DNA of 64,000 nucleotides from Verrucomicrobiota bacterium (GTDB lineage Bacteria; Verrucomicrobiota; Verrucomicrobiia; Limisphaerales; UBA1319): NCBI GenBank assembly GCA_022711435.1, contig JAKLFB010000013.1, positions 74,041 to 138,040 of the forward strand, read 5' to 3'. Shown piece by piece: positions 57,476 to 64,000 of this stretch (position 1 is its first letter; each line of letters starts with the position of its first letter). The notes under the pieces were generated by a model. It saw only the letters and a program-made list of their open reading frames with translations, ran no database searches and was not told where the DNA came from. The position numbers and the translations under genes were made by a program.

Positions 57476-57502
57476 GGGCGCGGCGGAGGTCGCGCCCTTT
57501 TT
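57476..57502 (+). terminator. Rho-independent terminator (GGGCGCG-loop-CGCGCCC-TTTTT) after the PEP-CTERM gene.
   Basis: A perfect 7-bp GC stem and T5 tract lie 24 nt after the stop. Confidence 0.55.
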
Positions 57503-57586
57503 CTGTACGGCCTTGGCTCGGCCCGTGAAGAAGACCGGGGGGAATGCGCCTTGGGTCCGAGGGCGCGGTTCGAGCGAAGAACGGAC

Positions 57587-57671
57587 GAATCCTTGAAAAG
57601 CCAAATTCGTTGTGATCAGGTCAAATTCTGTTAATCGCATATTCTGTTCTTTTCGGGCTTTTCAAGGATTC
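57587..57671. repeat. Perfect 16-bp inverted repeat (GAATCCTTGAAAAGCC / GGCTTTTCAAGGATTC) around a ~53-nt AT-rich spacer. It abuts the stop of the minus-strand isomerase gene.
   Basis: The arms are exact reverse complements. The spacer is unusually AT-rich for this genome. Confidence 0.45.
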
Positions 57672-58561
57672 TAGAGGAGTCCCTGGTAAGCGAGCCAGAG
57701 GGCGCGGTAGTATTTCATCACGCGGATGGGATCGGCGCTTTCGGGGATTTCGGCCAGGCAATACCCTTGGAAGCCGGATTCATTGAGCCGGGTCAGGAGG
57801 CGGCGCCACGGATAATTTTCGATGAAGAGGTCGCGCATATGGACCTGGAAAATCCGCTCTTTGACCATGTCGAAATTGGCGTCGAACCCGGCGCCGGCGA
57901 GGTCGGAATCGTTCGAGTTCCAGCAGGCGCCGACATTGGTGTGGCTGGCGGTGTCGAGAATGGATTTGATATTGGGGAGGAGGGAGGTTTCGGCGCCATG
58001 GACTTCGAGGCGGATCTGGACGCCGTGGTCCTGGCCGAAGGCGCCGAGTTCGCGCAGTGCGCGTCCGATTTGCTCGAGCGTTTTCTCCTTGGGGACCTCG
58101 CGGGGGAGCGCGTTGGGGCGGACCTTGACGCCGCCGGCGCCGACGTCTTGGGCGAGGACGATGTAATCCTTGGTGGCGTCGATGTCACGGCGGAGCTTGG
58201 CGGGATCGGGCGTGTGGTAATCGAAGGCGCTGCCCAGGCTCGTGAGTTCGACGGGCGAGTTCTGGAAGGCCTTTTTGACTTCCTGGCGTTCGGTTTTTCC
58301 GAGGGCGACCTCGACGCCGTGCCGGTGCGTGGTGCGGAGCTCGACGCCAGTGAATCCGGAAGCGGAACAATTCTTGATGATGGTGGGGACATCCCAGTCC
58401 TTGGCGAGGTTATAGGTGACCAGGCCGAGTCGCATGCGGGGTTTGCCGGCGCCGGTTCGGGGGGGTGCGGCCGCGGCGAGCGATTGGCCTGGGGCCAGGG
58501 CGCCGAGGGTGCCAAAGGCGACGGTGGCGGTCTGGATAAAGAGGCGTCGGCTTGTTTTCAT
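57671..58561 (-). CDS. Sugar phosphate isomerase/epimerase (xylose isomerase-like TIM barrel) with a TAT signal.
   Basis: The N-terminus MKTSRRLFIQTATVAFGTLGALAPGQSLAAA is a TAT signal. The start is at Met98 of the track ORF. Confidence 0.75.
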   Translation of the reverse strand: MKTSRRLFIQTATVAFGTLGALAPGQSLAAAAPPRTGAGKPRMRLGLVTYNLAKDWDVPTIIKNCSASGFTGVELRTTHRHGVEVALGKTERQEVKKAFQNSPVELTSLGSAFDYHTPDPAKLRRDIDATKDYIVLAQDVGAGGVKVRPNALPREVPKEKTLEQIGRALRELGAFGQDHGVQIRLEVHGAETSLLPNIKSILDTASHTNVGACWNSNDSDLAGAGFDANFDMVKERIFQVHMRDLFIENYPWRRLLTRLNESGFQGYCLAEIPESADPIRVMKYYRALWLAYQGLL

Positions 58562-58891
58562 GGAATCGGTGATGGGGTTGAAAGTGGTTATTGTGTCAAG
58601 GGCAGTAGGATGGATGCAATCGGCTGGAATCGGCAAGACGTTTTTTAGCGGGGAACCTCGATGAGATGCCCCTCTCCCTAACCCTCCGCTCGATCCTCGC
58701 GGGGGGAAGGAATGAGGCAAGAGTAGGCAAGAGATCGAGTGGCGTGCGAGGGGACGGCCGCACTCCAGGGCGCTTCGCGTGAGCGGGGGTGCATCCAAAA
58801 CGGCGTCAGCCTCGTGGAGTGCGCAAGCCCTCTTGCGCTTTCCAGTTCCCAAACGGGCCGGTCAATCGAATGAGCGAGGCAATGCAGCGGG

Positions 58892-62208
<3,317 letters not shown>

Positions 62209-62212
<4 letters not shown>

Positions 62213-63099
62213 GGTCGGGAATCGGGGGCGTGAGAGGCCGGGGCAGGGAGGGAGGCATGGCGGAGAGCGAGGATCTCGACGAGCTGAGCGAGGATCTCGG
62301 ATCGGTCGCGGCCTTCGAGGCCGAGCGCCAGCTGGGCGACGAGGAGGCCGTAGGGGAGGCCGATATCGTAGCGGCGGCCGCGGATTTCGTGGGCCAGGTA
62401 TTGCTCCTGGCGGCTGAGCTCGGCCAGGGCGGGGGCGAGCTGGATGGGGGGTGCGGGTGGCGGGCGGGATTGGATGAGTCGTTCGAGCAGTTCCATGACG
62501 GCGGCGGTCAATACATGCATGCCGAAGAAGCAGAGATAATGGCCATGGCGCAGGCCGGGCACGATGAGGCTCTGCTCGGCCTGGGTGGGGGTGGGTTTTT
62601 CGAGGACGGTCTCGATGGCGTAGAGGCCGGCGGAGCTGGGGAGCAGGCGGCCGCCGACGGCGCCATAATAGGGGAGCTTGCTTTCGTGGGTGGCCTGGAC
62701 GGCGGAGACGGCGCACTGGTGCTGGCGGGCGACATCGATCAACTGCTGGGCGCAGTTGCGGCGTTCGTGGCTGACGTAGAGGTGGTCGCCGACGAGGAGC
62801 AGGAAGGGGTCATGTCCGACGAAGTGGCGGGCGCAGTGGACGGCGTGGCCGAAGCCGAGGGGGGGGTCCTGGGTGATGAAGCGGAGGCGGCCGGCGTGGG
62901 CGCCGGCGGCAGCGGCGAAGGAATCCTCCTGGCGGGGAGGCAGGATGAGCGCGATCTGGTCGATACCGGCTGCGAGGACCTCTTCGATGATGATCCGGAG
63001 GGCGGTCTTGGATTCGCCGTCCCTGTCGACCAAAGTCTGGAGGGGGAGGGTTTGCTGGTTGCGGCCGGCGGCGGTCACGATGGCTTTCTTGATTTCCAC
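62209..63099 (-). CDS. GalU-like sugar-1-phosphate nucleotidyltransferase paralogue with a degenerate G-loop ([10 protein letters not shown] instead of AGLGTRFLP).
   Basis: It shows the GalU fold blocks KAIVTAAG...[17 protein letters not shown]..., LGFGHAV and LLLVGDHLY. The stop overlaps the start of the downstream fusion gene (ATGA). GTG and TTG starts near 63099 are alternatives. Confidence 0.6.
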
Positions 63100-63245
63100 G
63101 GTGTTCCTGGGTTGATCCGGTTGATCGGCCGAAGAATGGGCATGAAATCTGGTTGACACAAGGGCAAAACGCAATAGCCTGAGCTCTGAATCGCCATGAA
63201 CACAAAAACAGCCCGGCACAAGCCGAGGAAATCCTAATCCGCCCT

Positions 63246-63665
63246 ATGATCAATGAATCCTGCTTCCTGGAGATTGCCCGCAGCAGCCTGACTCTGGCCG
63301 ATGCGCGCAAGCTGTCTAAGATCGTCTTCGACGAGTATCGCAAGCATCATTTCCTAGACCAGGAAGCACATTTCTCGGTCCAGATCAGCTGTTCGGACCA
63401 GACGGAATATCAGGGGGATAGCCTCAGCATGTTGGGGGAGGGCTCGCCGGTGGGAGACCGGCTGGTGGAAGGGCTGACGATCAAAGCGGACGGGATTGCG
63501 CCGGGGCCATGGAAGGTGGATCTCGAGATGGTGCCGGGGGATTCGCCGCATCGCAACTACGTGCGAATATCGGGGGCCGACAGCGCGTGGGTGCAGAACG
63601 TGCTTATCCGGTTTGAAGAGGCGATCGCCTCGCTGAAGCCGGAGGCGCAGTGCACCTTGACCTGA
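63246..63665 (+). CDS. Hypothetical protein (139 aa), lower GC than the surroundings.
   Basis: It is a track ORF with a clean single-frame ORF and an AT-richer promoter region containing TTGACA at about 63143. Confidence 0.45.
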   Translation: MINESCFLEIARSSLTLADARKLSKIVFDEYRKHHFLDQEAHFSVQISCSDQTEYQGDSLSMLGEGSPVGDRLVEGLTIKADGIAPGPWKVDLEMVPGDSPHRNYVRISGADSAWVQNVLIRFEEAIASLKPEAQCTLT

Positions 63666-63701
63666 GGCGGGAGAGGCGCCGCCATCGAGGGAGGGCAGAC
63701 G

Positions 63702-64000
63702 GATGCGCAGGATGTGGGTGACATGGGTGGCGGCGGGCGCGCTCGCGTGGGCGGGCTGCGGCCCGGCGCCCCGCCCGGCGGCGGGCGGGGCGGGCACGAA
63801 CTCAGCTTCGGAGGAGCCGGCGCCGGCGGGGAGCAATCCGTTGACAACACCGGTGGATTACGTCGGCGTTGCCGGGCGGGCGCCGCGCACCGCGAGCAAG
63901 GTCGTGGATCTGGCTTCCTTGCGGCAGGCGATCCAGGCATTTCAGGCGGGGGAGGACCGGTGGCCCAAGGATCTGGGCGAGCTGGTGAAGGAGGGATACC
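63702..64000 (+). CDS. Putative lipoprotein or secreted protein, 3'-truncated at the window edge.
   Basis: The frame MRRMWVTWVAAGALAWAGCGPAPRP (a lipobox-like AGC) is open to the end of the window. Confidence 0.5.

Noticed and set aside
57520-57590. Possible tRNA-like sequence containing GGTTCGAGC
   Set aside because: No acceptor-stem complementarity or cloverleaf could be drawn. It is probably a fortuitous T-loop-like pentamer in the intergenic region.
62213-62716. 168-codon N-terminal extension of the 1274-aa track ORF ([13 protein letters not shown]...)
   Set aside because: It is extremely R/P-rich low complexity. It overlaps, in another frame, the GalU-like gene, which has conserved fold blocks. 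The Met at 62212 gives an ATGA-coupled start, so the fusion protein was trimmed to 58892..62212.

Overview
This is a high-GC (about 65-68%) bacterial chromosomal window. It is densely coding on both strands. No rRNA, tRNA, CRISPR array or transposase was found. The gene content suggests a Planctomycetota-Verrucomicrobiota-Chlamydiota (PVC) superphylum organism, probably Verrucomicrobia or Planctomycetes: two Cys-type (CxPxR) sulfatases, two PEP-CTERM proteins, a prepilin-type N-terminal cleavage/methylation protein with a DUF1559-like body, TAT-signal TIM-barrel sugar isomerases, and giant secreted Ig-domain proteins. dnaA (36137..37498) sits behind a relatively AT-rich region carrying GTGAATAA DnaA-box-like motifs, so the window probably spans oriC. 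Housekeeping genes present: glnB, dnaA, xseA, valS, cimA (leuA-family), rlmN, glgP, bioA, hpf, sbcCD, galK, flotillin/NfeD, beta-carbonic anhydrase. The seven most unusual items follow. (1) A 5-gene plus-strand operon at 1..6042: a giant, 5'-truncated coiled-coil protein with a Gly-rich hydrophobic hairpin, then four overlapping or closely spaced genes for signal-peptide proteins (Ca-binding motif, MORN/YwqK repeats, Ig-like domain, PEP-CTERM plus P-domain). (2) A GntR(FadR-type) regulator with two TGGT-N3-ACCA operators, controlling a split transketolase, a racemase-like gene, an MFS transporter and a DUF4038/GH140-like hydrolase locus, possibly for a branched or rare pentose. (3) A 1106-aa fusion of a GHMP sugar kinase with a UDPGP-type NDP-sugar pyrophosphorylase, translationally coupled to a GalU-like protein whose active-site loop is degenerate. 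(4) A bacterial GDP-mannose 3,5-epimerase homologue next to an HddA-like GHMP kinase. (5) A GxxExxY (PD-(D/E)XK) gene flanked by about 100-bp hairpin-containing direct repeats, with a tandem duplication of its promoter and 5' end. (6) A 30-bp inverted-repeat pair upstream of sbcDC. (7) A low-GC (about 50%) island carrying a PEP-CTERM gene. Many long ORFs in the six-frame track are GC-rich frame artefacts antisense to or overlapping genes with recognisable homologues, and were rejected. Coordinates may be off by 1 in places because hand indexing of the sequence was imperfect; ORF-track coordinates were used as anchors.
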